This document shows positions 49,871 through 62,150 of a stretch of DNA of 64,000 nucleotides, piece by piece (the first letter of the stretch is position 1; each line of letters begins with the position of its first letter). This DNA comes from Octopus sinensis (lineage: Eukaryota). A program made the translations under genes and the position numbers. The notes beneath the pieces are model-generated. The model was given only the letters and a program-made list of their open reading frames with translations. It was not told where the DNA came from and did no database searches. Location: positions 1-64,000 of the forward strand of contig NW_021833420.1 in assembly GCF_006345805.1 (NCBI RefSeq), given 5' to 3'.

Positions 49871-50289
49871 GAGCCTCTCTCGACAACAAGACAAACAAAA
49901 ATTTCGATGACTGCCTACATGGTAAACAAAACGATAATGAGTGTTTTTAAAAAAAACCGTTAGAAGAATTGACGTCAAAGATAGATAGTAGGAAGAGAAG
50001 GGTTAAAGGAATAATAGGTAGGGAATAAGTGGAGAGGGAAGGGTACGTTGTATGATTTTTCTATGAGTGTGTTTACAATTGGAACCTTAGAGAATCTGAA
50101 CTCTTCCATATTCTCTTCTCTAAGATTCCCCTTGTAAACACACTCATAGAAAAATCATACAAATGTAAACACTGGCAGAAACATACCTTCTACTCATATA
50201 AATGATAAGGATAATCACTGTGGTTTGAACAATTAGCTTAACGTGCACTCCACTTCAATAGCGAAATTCTTTCCTAAGCCTTCGAACAT

Positions 50290-51243
50290 TCTTTACAGGT
50301 GTTTGAACTGAGTCAAGTGTGAAATGGAGCCTGTTGAGTGTCGAGCAGTGATCCGGTTTTTGTATTTGAAAGGACGCACACCACGGGAGACTTTTGATGA
50401 AATGAAAGTAACTTATGGTGATGATGCCCCATCATCTGACCTTGTAAAGCGCTGGCATCGTGAATTCAAACATGGTCGGAACTCTGTGGAAACAGCTCCC
50501 AGATCTGGTCGCCCCCCTTCTGCCATTGATGAGGCATCTGTCCGTCAAGTTGAGGTTGCCATTTTGGAAGATCGACGCATAACTATTCGCCAAATAGCCC
50601 ATGAGGTCAAGATTAGTACCGGGTCTGTGGAAACTATCATTTATGACCATTTGCATATGCAAAAGGTATCTGCCAGATGGATTCCCAGGTTGCTCACACC
50701 TTTCCAGAAGCAAGTACGGCCGAGTGCTCGAGGATGAATTTGGAGATGTGCCAAGAAGATGAATCAAAATTTTTCAAACGACTGATTACACAGGATGAAA
50801 TCTGGGTCCATTACTATGATCCAGAGACCAAAGCCCAGTCAATGCAGTGGAAGCACTGTGACTCACCTCCTCCAAAGAAGGCAAGGGTGCAGCCCTCCGC
50901 TGGCAAGGTCATGCTCACAGTCTTCTGGGACCAGGACGGATTAGTGATGACAGATTTCCTGGCAAAGGGTACCACAATTACAGGAGCCTATTATGATTCA
51001 CTTTTGAAGAAATTAAGAGAAGCCATCAAAACAAGAGGCGGGGCAAGATCAGCAAAGGCATCCTCCTCCTGCAGGACAACGCTCCGGTCCACAACTCGCA
51101 TGTTGCCAGATCAGAAACACAGGCGTGCGGCTATGAACTCCTCCCCCATCCCCCCTTCTCTCCTGACCTTGCACCCTCTGATTTTCACCTCTTCCCAGCC
51201 ATGAAGTTGTTTTTGAAAGGAAAGTGTTTCCCAGATAATGCAG
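50290..51243 (+). mobile_element. Mariner transposase pseudogene, 3' end cut by a PLE
   Basis: MEPVECRAVIRFL, SARWIPR, ITQDEIWVH, QDNAP, PFSPDLAPSDFHLF; two frameshifts; no TIRs found. Confidence 0.9.
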
Positions 51244-52490
51244 CATGAAAAGTTTGGCCACATCACCAGCGATGATGTGGCCAACCTTTTCATGGTATGG
51301 TGGGACAGAAGGCTTAAAGAACGCCTAACACAGAACTCCATACTCGTAAACATGTACTCTCGCTATGTTGATGATATCAACATAGTGGTAAAAGCACCCC
51401 CACAAGAGAATAATGTTGATATAGTAATAGAAACTAATACTATGGAGAGCATCCAACAAATAGCTAACTCCATCCACCAGAGTATTAAGGTCACAATAGA
51501 CTACCCCACTAAACAACCCAACCATAGACTACCAGTACTAGACACTGAACTCTGGCTAGAAATTGTGAATAATAAAACCCAAATCATTCATACTATGCCA
51601 AACCTATGGCCTCAAAATACTTGATCCACCGGAACTCAGCCATTGCGGACAATGCCAAATTCAATATGTTGATGGCAGACCTCGTCAGAATAATGAAAAA
51701 TGTGTCACGCATGTGCGAGCCCACAGAGTTAAAGAGACACATACAATATTTCATTCACCGCATGCAGTTCTCAGGTTATAGCCATAAAGAAAGGATCAGA
51801 GTATACAAAGGAGCCATGAAGAAATTTGATAATATATTATGTAATGATAGGAATGGGATTTGCCCTCTCTATAGGAACAAGTCATGGAACACTATAGAAA
51901 GGACAAAGAAGAACATAGGGAAGGCCAACTCTTGGTATGATAGCCATAAATACCAGTGTCATGTTCATTGACACCACCCCTGGAGGTGAACTGGTGTACC
52001 GCTTTAGAAGGACCCTAGACAAACTTAAGTTAAGAATTAAGGTTGTTGAAAAGCCAGGCAACCCTATCAAATCTATAATTGGTAGAACCTATCCTTTTAG
52101 TAGAACCCCCTGTACGGATAAGTACTGTACTATATGTAGATTTAGCCCACAAACTGTAAAGCCAGAAATGTAGTCTATAGTATAAGATGTATAGAGGGAC
52201 GATGCAGTAACAAGACAACGACATACGTAGGGGAAACGGCAAGAAGCATAGGAGAGCGGGTAAATGGTCATTGGAGACAACTCAAGGAAGGTAAAAGCTC
52301 ATCGATTCTGTACCAACACGCCGAACAGGAACACGGGGGATCAATCAGCAATATAGAAATTAAAATATTGTCCACACATACAACAGATGCAACATTCAGT
52401 CGAATTACAGAAGCTACACACATAATAGAAAATAAACCTAGCCTGATTAGAAAACTAGAATGGAGTACTAGCACACACCACAACATATGA
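51244..52490 (+). mobile_element. Penelope-like element, 5' truncated (RT C-half + GIY-YIG)
   Basis: DVANLFM, YSRYVDDI, LPVLDTELW, MQFSGY, KVVEKPG, GETARSIGER..H segments. Confidence 0.88.
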
Positions 52491-53095
52491 CGATAGAGGA
52501 TCCCGAAAACATAATAAATACACAGATAAATAACTATATATATATATATATATATCTTTTTTTTCGATTCGATTTATTATTATTATTATTACTAGTATTG
52601 TTGTTATACATACAAGCATATGTAATGATAATAATAAGTGGATGTAAACACGAACAAAATAAGAATAAACGAAAACAACAACAAAAACAAAATACAAATT
52701 ACATGAACGTATATAAACAGAAGATACAAATATTACATGCATCCCCCCACATACACACACTAAATAAACATAGACGCACATAGAGATATAAGCATGCGCA
52801 AATGAAGACACAATAGAAATACAAAATGGCTGACGGTTAGTAAGGAGAGACACAAATAAGAAAGAAGAAAACAAAGGACCACTGATCCGGTCACAGGAGT
52901 GTGACGAAAGAACTCTGGCCGAAATAAGATTAAGATTAATGTAAAAAATAAATAACACTGAAGCGAAATAACACCAAATATATAGTGCGTGTGTTTGTAT
53001 TGGCTAAACTGGCAAAATGACCATTCCGAAATATAACAATATCTGTTTCAACACACGACTTCACATAAAACATCTTGCACAACAAATCTTTAAAC

Positions 53096-53130
<35 letters not shown>

Positions 53131-53156
53131 AAGGGTGGAAAGGAACACACGAGTTG

Positions 53157-53981
53157 ATATATATGAAAAAACAAGTCAAAAATAGAAAATGCTAAGATGA
53201 TTTTATAGTGAATCTTTCAGTATCGGTTTCGGTCATTTTGAGACCTTTTCAACTGTAACGATTAAATAATTAAATTTAGAAAAATTAGAAGAAAAGTTTT
53301 TTTAAAAGAATATTTCTGTAGTAGTGTTCAGATATAAGTAGCATTCTGCCTTTCTCTGACTCCCTTGTTTGCACTTGTGTGTTCGAGGTCGTTTTGAGTT
53401 CTTGGTAGGATAGGTGAAGAATAATGATGAGGCTGATGTGGAGAGGGGTGGGGAAATCTGGGAATGCCTTAATGGTCGTATTTTGAATGGTCAGTGGCTG
53501 ACAGTGGCTGACAGTAGTCGCAGTTCAATTCAGAATTGTTTATGGAATTGCGTAGGCGTTAACCTTGTCACTAATGTCTTTCAGGATAACGCCTACGCAA
53601 ATTCCATAAACAATTCCTGAATTGAACTGCGACTACTGTCAGCCACTGTCAGCCACTGACCATTCAAAATACGACCATTAAGGCATTCCCAGATTTCCCC
53701 ACCCCTCTCCACATCAGCCTCATCATTATTCTTCACCTACCCTACCAAGAACTCAAAACGACCTCGAACACACAAGTGCAAACAAGGGAGTCAGAGAAAG
53801 GCAGAATGCTACTTATATCTGAACACTACTACAGAAATATTCTTTTAAAAAAACTTTTCTTCTAATTTTTCTAAATTTAATTATTTAATCGTTACAGTTG
53901 AAAAGGTCTCAAAATGACCGAAACCGGTACTGAAAGATTCACTATAAAATCATCTTAGCATTTTCTATTTTTTACTTGTTT

Positions 53982-53990
<9 letters not shown>
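53157..53990. repeat. Long palindrome: ~405-bp arms, 25-nt loop (53562-53586)
   Basis: Arms are reverse complements with about 5 differences seen by eye; PLE-terminus-like content. Confidence 0.95.
53895..53932 (+). ncRNA. Minimal hammerhead-ribozyme-like motif with U3-A8 core (mirror copy at 53218-53255, minus)
   Basis: CAG-TTGAAAA-GGTC(tcaaaat)GACC-GAA-ACCGGT-A-CTG. Confidence 0.65.
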
Positions 53991-54049
<59 letters not shown>

Positions 54050-54098
54050 GCACATATACACACAAAAGAACGTGTATATATTTGTGATTAATGCTAAC

Positions 54099-54216
54099 CT
54101 TAATGTAGTCGGATAGACTTCAGGAGTATATAACCATACACCACCAAAGGCACCACTGATACCGATCATTCCAAGCAAAGACAAAACTACTGTAGAAGTA
54201 TTGATGGCGTCACTGT
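54099..54216 (-). CDS. SLC22-family transporter, coding exon (TM10, EVYPTTLR)
   Basis: tttacag|AC, then [38 protein letters not shown] and AG|gttagc. 118 nt, phase 1/2. Matches the ELFPT motif. Confidence 0.94.
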
Positions 54217-54653
54217 CTGTAAATAGAAAATAGAGGTCAACATTATCACAAACTCAAAACAGGTTGCTTCTGGGCTTCTAGATCGAAATGAAAATATGTG
54301 ATGCTTATTCATCTCATATTATGGCTTGACAACCGAAAACGAGCAAATATGAATTCAATTCAAAAGTTATTTTATATATTTAACTTCTGATCAGTTGATA
54401 TCTTCTTTTCGATGATAACAACACCAACAACCACATTTGATGATACCTTCTAGATGTATAAATGGTAACCTGGTAATTTTTTTAAAATTCGCTAAAAAAA
54501 TTCACTGATATTTAATAGACTTGGCCTCGAAGTTTTTGGATTATTCAAATATATCTGACCTTATGTCAGTGTAATTTGATCTTTAACCGCTTCATGCAAA
54601 GAGAGTTAAACACAAAATAGAAAAAATTGCATAAATCAGATGACTTACCTTTT

Positions 54654-54795
<142 letters not shown>

Positions 54796-55023
54796 CGCTA
54801 TCTCTATCTCTTTCTGTTCCCCTCTCTCTGTTAACAAGATCGTCTTAAATATTCAAGATAAAAGTGTAAAGAGAAAATAAGTGTGCGATCAAGTTAACAT
54901 TTCTGCTTTTTGTTATGTCACTTCATACAATCTCGTTTTAGAAAGATCTTCTGGTCAATCATTGTTGTGTTTGCATTGAATCTCAGTGTGTGTTCATGTG
55001 TGTGTGTGTGTGTGTATGCGTGC

Positions 55024-55062
<39 letters not shown>

Positions 55063-55397
55063 CATGCCTGTCGAGTCTTTTCATCGCCATGTGATTTTCC
55101 TTGTTCACGTAGTGTTTGTTTTTTTCGTTTATACACTGACCGCTCTCATTCCGTTTCTAAATTAGCTTAATTTATTCTGTTTCATGCAGTGAATATGTCA
55201 GAGTTTTGTAAGGGAAATATTAATAGCTTTATATTAGTGTAGTGTAGTTTGGAATTTTGTGAGATCTACTGCACCGAAAGTCTTGTGTTGTCAAGGCCAA
55301 GTGGTGTTTGTTCTGTGTCCATTTACATACACTCCCTTATCCTTTTCACCAGGAGAAATGAAATCTCTTATTAGATAATGATGAGAGGAATTGCCAT

Positions 55398-55447
<50 letters not shown>

Positions 55448-55524
55448 ATATATATATAGCTATATATATATATATAATCAACTTTTTGTGCATAAATATT
55501 GCCGATAAAAGCTAGGTGTCTTAC

Positions 55525-55610
55525 CACCGACTGACTTCAGAACTGCCACGGTTAACAATGTCACACCTGAGGCACCAATAAGAATTATGATGGCTTTCTT
55601 CCGTCCAAAT
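55525..55610 (-). CDS. SLC22-family transporter, coding exon (GRK motif + TM9)
   Basis: tttttcag|A, then FGRKKAIIILIGASGVTLLTVAVLKSVG and G|gtaaga. 86 nt, phase 2/1. Not visible in the supplied ORF track. Confidence 0.92.
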
Positions 55611-56836
55611 CTGAAAAATGGTACAAAATAAGATTCTGGTGGTGAGCTTGAATGATGAGTTTCATAGACTGGTACATGGAGTAAATTATCTCAGATATCG
55701 TAGTAGACCTTTCAGTGATATGTACAATGCAATAAAGAAAGGCAGCGACGGAGAGAGTGAGAAGGAAAGAGAGCGAGATAGAAATAGAGAGAGAGAAGGG
55801 TAGGGAGTAGTGAAAGAGAGAGCGGGTGGAGAGAGAGATTGAAAGAGAGAGTATTTCTTTATTCACCGTAAGGTTGAGAAAAAGAGGGGTGAATACGGGG
55901 ACAGACAAAACAAACATTGGAGTCAGGGTATCGAATGAGACGAAACGTATGAATAAGCAAACAATTAAAATATATACAATTAAATGAGAATGAGTGATTA
56001 GAGAGCTCCAATGTTTGACTGGCATATGTTTTTGAAAGGACTAATGATAAAGTTGGCTTCGGAGGGGTTCGAGTTCAGGGCGCGTAAAGCTGGAACAATG
56101 ATTGGGCAAGGCAATCCAACTAATTCTTCAATGATTCCACAAGTTTGCCGCCTGAAATCATATCCGTTTGTCTTAGATGAAAGCAAGGCATATTTGATAA
56201 CACAGTTGAAAATAGAATGTATTTGGAAACAAGAGGCAAGCTGATGTCAACTGGAACTGTTCTGATCAAAGTCAGTTGAACTAAGGTTATTGTAGGGTAT
56301 CCATAACAACAAAACCTGTAAAATTATTGTACTTACAATCACCAACCCCTGTGCAAATATCTCATGTTCAGTATTTCATTCATCAACCCCAACTCTCTGT
56401 CTATCTTTCTCTTCCCCTTTCTCTCTCTCTCTCTTTATAACACCCATCGTTACTTCAATATACATATCTCATAACACATAAAGCTTCTAGCGAGCCCTGA
56501 ACGCTCTGTATCAATGTTTTCTCCACTCTGTAATCTTCATTAATCTTCTAAATGAAGATTTAGAACGTGTGTGTTTGTGTGTGTGTATGTGTGTGTGTGA
56601 GTGTCTGTGTGTACATGTGTGTGTGTATGTGTGTGTGAGTGTGTGTGTATGTGTGTGTACGTTAAAGGCACACAAATACAAATATCTTTCTGTCTGTCTA
56701 TCTGTGTCTCCATCTGTCTCTTTGTCTCTCTCTTTGTCTCTCACTCTCAGTCTATCTATCTATCTATTTGTGCGCGCTCACATGTGTGCATGTATATATA
56801 TGCGAATTGTGAATCAAATATAAAATATTTACGAAC

Positions 56837-56971
56837 AACATGAATAATTTGTAGAGGACGAAACTGGAGGGAAGTTCCATGGATGCAGTGAGGAAGTAAT
56901 TCAAATGACGGTCTCCAGACAAACTACTGGAGGTCAAGTATAGTCCGAAATATGTCACACTGGTAATCAGC
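56837..56971 (-). CDS. SLC22-family transporter, coding exon (TM7-TM8)
   Basis: tttcag|G completes Trp, then LITSVTYFGLYLTSSSLSGDRHLNYFLTASMELPSSFVLYKLFM. A phase-2 donor TT|gttcgt is needed to match the next exon; the exact 3' edge is slightly uncertain. Confidence 0.88.
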
Positions 56972-57097
56972 CTGAAACACAGGAAACAAAACAAGACATT
57001 TGGCTTTTGTTCTTTCTTAAAAGTATTATTACACATAGTGTTCAGTTTTTTGTTTTAAATTATCAAATATAACTATTGTTGTCTTATATGTATCTGT

Positions 57098-57500
57098 GGC
57101 GCAGACGTGGCTGTTTAGTAAGAAGTTTGCTTCCCAACCACATGATTCCAGGTTCAATCCCACTGCGTGGCACCTTGAGAAGGTGTCTTCTGCTATAGCC
57201 TCGGGCTGACCAAAGCCTTGTAAATAGATTTGGTAGACGGAAACTGAAAAAGCCCGTTGTATATACATACATGTATATATATCAGCGTGTGTGTCTGTGT
57301 TTGTCCCCATCCACCCACCACTCGACAACTGGTGTTGGTGTGTTTACGTCTCAGTAAACTAGCGGTTCGACTTAAGACATCGATAGAATAATTTGCTGGC
57401 TTTATTAAAATAAGAGCTGGGGTTAATTCTTTCGAATAAAATTTCAAGGCCGTACCCCAGCATGGCCACAGTCTGATGACTGAAATAAGTAAAAGGTTAA
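57098..57500 (+). mobile_element. tRNA-SINE family B
   Basis: Similar to 23892-24316. Confidence 0.82.
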
Positions 57501-57519
57501 AAATAAATTATGTATCTAC

Positions 57520-57890
57520 CACGAGTCCTGAGCTTCTAAGACGTTGCTGTTAACCTTCTGAAATTGACACTGAGGTTTGTGGAAGTCTTAGTCGAACGCC
57601 GGTGAGTGTAACCATGGTGTGTTGCATGAACAGCTAAGAACAATAATACCTGGCTGCAGACCACCAGGTATGTCACCATTGTCTGGTGATTTCGCTCAAC
57701 GACAGACATGAGCACTCTGCTGGTTTGTTCGCCAAATTTACCCGATAACAGGCACCTAACGCCTGCTCGCAGGACGCTGCCGAATCGTGTGGCTGAGGTT
57801 TTAGTAAATGTAAAGAATGTTTTACAAGAGCTATATATTTCCAATATCTGGTTGTGCCTTTCACAATTCTGCGTCTGCCACGACCAAATA
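57520..57890 (-). mobile_element. Possible RTE-type RT remnant
   Basis: FFTFTKTSAT...GKF...VVCSQVLLF weakly resembles F.DFTKAFD...KF...QGC.L.P.LF. Confidence 0.3.
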
Positions 57891-58889
57891 TAAGGAATTT
57901 TGCTTAATTAAAGGATAGCTTTATGAGTATAAAAGATGCGAACATTAAATGATAGATTCAATATGTGTTATTTTTAATCTTAAAGGCAATGACTCTGATA
58001 TTTTGCTCGTTGTTGGCCTCGTTAGTCTTTCGACGCTTACTACTTGCAAAACTTAGAAGTCACTATCAATAAAATTATTAATAGTATATTTTGCATTGTA
58101 ATTTCTAAACTATATATTATGATAATAGGTTTACTGCATTTGTTAAGTTGGCGAATAACAAATATGGTAATGGATTGCCTGTAATTCAGTACAAAGAAAT
58201 TCATTCGATGTCCATCTGCTTTTATGATGCCTAGCTTATTTGTTGATATAAATGTTTGTATATATGCATTCGTACATGTATGCATAATTTTGAATTAAGA
58301 TGTAAAGTACATTATACATGTATAATGCACTTTACATCTTAATTCAAAAGCGAAATATTAATTGCAAAAGTGCTCAATAAGAAATTCAAAATAAAATAAA
58401 TTAGAGCAGTGGCTTACTCTTGATAAATGAAAAGAACGGAAAGGAAAGAATATAGCACAATGTAGACTTGTGCATATTACCTGCACTGATTCCAGTTACA
58501 ATATACTTGGAAGGAACCGATCAACATGAGATTATAAAAGAAGGATTTTGCTTAAAGCTCTACGCAAAACCACGAAGATGCAAATATATCTTCTTAACAA
58601 CGCCGCCATGTCGGTGTCTAAATTTCTCTACCATAAATGAGCAGTTCGTTTGCGATCACAATCTTAAAAGTGCATGGACGGCGGAATTTTCGATAAAGTT
58701 CGAAAAGAGTTCGAGTCTCATCTATTGATGGTGAACTAATAATGGTTTCCACGTTTTGTACTAAGCTAGCAATTTTAAAAGAGCGGGCATGTCGATTGCA
58801 TGTGCTAGTACTTATAATATTAATTCCTAAAATGATGAAAGGCAAAGTCGACATTGGTGACATTTGAAATCAGGAAAGAATTTTGTCCA

Positions 58890-59945
58890 GAGCAGTAACA
58901 ATTCTGCCAGCTCGCCGCCTAAATAAGAGTAGTAGTAGTAGTAGTAGTAATAATAATAACAGCAATAATAACAACAATAATAATAATCCTTTCTATTATA
59001 GGCTCAAAGCCTGAAATTCGGAGAAGGGTACAGACAATTACATTGACCCCAGTACTCGATTGGAACATAATTTATCGACCCTGAAAGGATAAAAAGCAAA
59101 GTCGACATGGGTTGAGTCTGAACTCAGAACTTTAAAGCCAGACAAAATACCGCTAAGCATTTTGCCCGGCGCGCAAACGATTCTTCCAGCTCGACACCTT
59201 AACAACACTAATAACAGGAACATGAATAAGAACAACAGCTTCAACAACAATAACAATGGTTTAAAATTTTGGTACAATGGCCAGTAATTTTAGAAGATTA
59301 CATCGACCCCAGGCCTGAACTGGTACTAGTTTTATTGAGCAAAGTTGACCTCTGCGAGTCTTAAACTCTGAAACTAAAGAGCCGGAAGAAATGTCGCTTT
59401 GCATTTTCTCCGACACGCCATTGATACTCCCATTTCACTGCCTTATTTTATGATTTAGGCACTAGGTCAGCAATATTAAGAGCAATGGATAGGTCGATGC
59501 TACGGATTCCGTTGTTTCACTGGTATTGCACTGTAATATTTCACTGGTATTGCAGTGTAGTATTTCACTAGTATTACAGTGCAGCTTATTAGATCACCTT
59601 CTTGTAATTTCTTGATGCCTGCAGTGTGAGTAGAATTCATAACATAAGGGATCGTAAGTAAGAACAGAATGCTTTATTGTGTCTCTCGAGCTAAACATTC
59701 CAATGTCCATCAACTTAATAACAGTAAAATAATTAGCAGAATCGTTAGCACGCCGGGCAAAATGCTTGGCAATATTTCGTTCGTCTTTACGTTTTGAGTT
59801 CAAATCCCGCCAAGGTCGACTTTGCCTTTCATTATTTGCGGGGAGAGGTCAATGAAATAATTACCAGTTACACACTAGGATCGATGTAACTGACTTAATC
59901 CCTTCCCCCAAATTTGAGGCCTTGTGCTTCCAGTAGAAAGGGTTA
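58890..59945. mobile_element. Cluster of tRNA-SINE family A copies in both orientations
   Basis: Minus copies at about 58900-58920, 58990-59200 and 59260-59450; plus copy at about 59735-59945. Confidence 0.75.
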
Positions 59946-59968
59946 TTATTAAGAAGAAGAAGAATTAC

Positions 59969-60277
59969 CATGCGAACATGATAACTAGTGTCATGTTTCT
60001 GGTTGTTCTGTATTTCATCATGGTCCACAATCCAAGCGCAGTTTCTTTAGGATGAACTTCGGCTTCGTCTTCAGGGTTTGTTCCATTTCTGTCAATCAGT
60101 TCTTTGGACTGTTCACCTAATCGATGCATTTCCATGGCAGATTCATTAGATTTCAGACATTTTGTCCATGCCGCTTCGAAATCGACTCCGTTAAGTTTTG
60201 CTGCGCGTTTCACAATTCTTTCGGCTTCTACAATTTTCCCTTTTGCGAACAACCATCGAAAGCTTTCTCTTAAGTAC
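59969..60277 (-). CDS. SLC22-family transporter, coding exon (first seen in window): TM6-7 cytoplasmic loop to start of TM7
   Basis: Acceptor tatgcag|G, then YLRESFRWLFAKGKIVEAERIVKRAAKLNG...RNMTLVIMFA and TG|gtaatt donor. 309 nt, phase 2/2. Matches the SLC22 (P)ES(P)RWL loop signature. Confidence 0.93.
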
Positions 60278-60426
60278 CTGCATAATATGAATATGAATAT
60301 GCATGTATGTATGTATGTTTGTATGTATGTATGTATGTAATATATATATATATGTGTGTGTGTGTATTTCGTTTTTGGATTTGGTTTGTAAGATTCTTTA
60401 TATGAGTTCGTGTGCTGAAGCATATT

Positions 60427-60618
60427 CTGTTGTGTCTGGGGAGAGTCATTTTCTTTTGGTGCCTTATAATTTAACACACACACCAGCAAAATTTCCACTG
60501 ATTTCTTATTTTTATTTTCCTAAAATTTTCGTTACGTCTTGTAACCTTTTCAATAGTCTTGACTCTGTTAGTTATTTACACTGCGTTCCTTTTTGTTTGT
60601 TTGTGCGCATGTATGTGG

Positions 60619-60661
<43 letters not shown>

Positions 60662-61342
60662 TGTGTGTGTGCCTATGCATGCATGTACGTATGTATGTAT
60701 GTATGTATGTATATATGTACGCATGTGTGTGTGTATATATAGGTGTGTGTATGCATACATATATATATATGTATGTATGTGTGTGCATCTGTATGTATGT
60801 ATGTATTCTGCATATTCACGTGCTTGCATGTCCGCGTTTGTGTATTTTCTATGTTATGTAGATATATGTATGTATGTGTGTGGGTGTGTGTGAGTGTATC
60901 TATGTTTTTTTTTTGTATGTAAGCATATGGATATGAAAATAAACAAATCAATATACAGACGGATAGGTACATAGGTTATATGAACAGTCAAGAACACATA
61001 TGCAAATGGAGACTGAAACACATGACCACATATACATACACACTTTACTCCACACAAGGACACATATCGAGACACGGGTTCACACATATAGAGATGCACA
61101 TCCATACATACAAACATGGTACATAGTTGCAAAACACATACACACACTGACCCACACACATGCGCACAAACAAACAAAAAGGAATGCAGTGTAAATAATG
61201 GACAGAGCCAAAACTATTGAAAAGGTTGCAAGACGCAACGAAAATCGTAGAAAAATAAAAATAAGAAATCAATGAAGATTTTACCGGTGAGTGTGTTATA
61301 TTATAAGGCACAAAAAGAAAATGACTCTCCCCAGACACAACA

Positions 61343-61343
<1 letters not shown>
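60427..61343. mobile_element. Foldback/MITE-like element with ~190-bp diverged TIRs
   Basis: ctgttgtgtctggggagagtcatttt... at 60427 is an inverted, diverged match to ...aaaatgactctccccagacacaacag|TA ending at 61343. Confidence 0.7.
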
Positions 61344-61425
<82 letters not shown>

Positions 61426-62108
61426 TGTGTGTGTGCCTATGCATGCATGTACGTATGTATGTATGTATGTATGTATATATGTACGCATGTGTGTGTGTAT
61501 ATATAGGTGTGTGTATGCATACATATATATATATATGTATGTATGTGTGTGCATCTGTATGTATGTATGTATTCTGCATATTCACGTGCTTGCATGTCCG
61601 CGTTTGTGTATTTTCTATGTTATGTAGATATATGTATGTATGTGTGTGGGTGTGTGTGAGTGTATCTATGTTTTTTTTTTGTATGTAAGCATATGGATAT
61701 GAAAATAAACAAATCAATATACAGACGGATAGGTACATAGGTTATATGAACAGTCAAGAACACATATGCAAATGGAGACTGAAACACATGACCACATATA
61801 CATACACACTTTACTCCACACAAGGACACATATCGAGACACGGGTTCACACATATAGAGATGCACATCCATACATACAAACATGGTACATAGTTGCAAAA
61901 CACATACACACACTGACCCACACACATGCGCACAAACAAACAAAAAGGAATGCAGTGTAAATAATGGACAGAGCCAAAACTATTGAAAAGGTTGCAAGAC
62001 GCAACGAAAATCGTAGAAAAATAAAAATAAGAAATCAATGAAGATTTTACCGGTGAGTGTGTTATATTATAAGGCACAAAAAGAAAATGACTCTCCCCAG
62101 ACACAACA

Positions 62109-62148
<40 letters not shown>

Positions 62149-62150
62149 TA
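60620..62150. repeat. Tandem duplication, 766-bp period
   Basis: Unique markers recur 766 bp apart (e.g. 61343 and 62109); non-microsatellite parts look identical. Confidence 0.9.

Noticed and set aside
52876-52926. Hammerhead-like elements (gtcaca-ggag-tgtgac-gaaa; tgacgaa...cgaaa) after the PLE
   Set aside because: The core is not CUGANGA or a compensated variant, and stems I and III cannot be built.
55998-56244. cag-preceded open frames in the intron, considered as the missing TM9 exon
   Set aside because: No TM or GRK motif; the true exon is 55610-55525 with matching phases.
59515-59586. Three 24-bp tandem units, superficially CRISPR-like
   Set aside because: No spacers and eukaryotic context; derived from a SINE A segment. 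No CRISPR array exists in the window.
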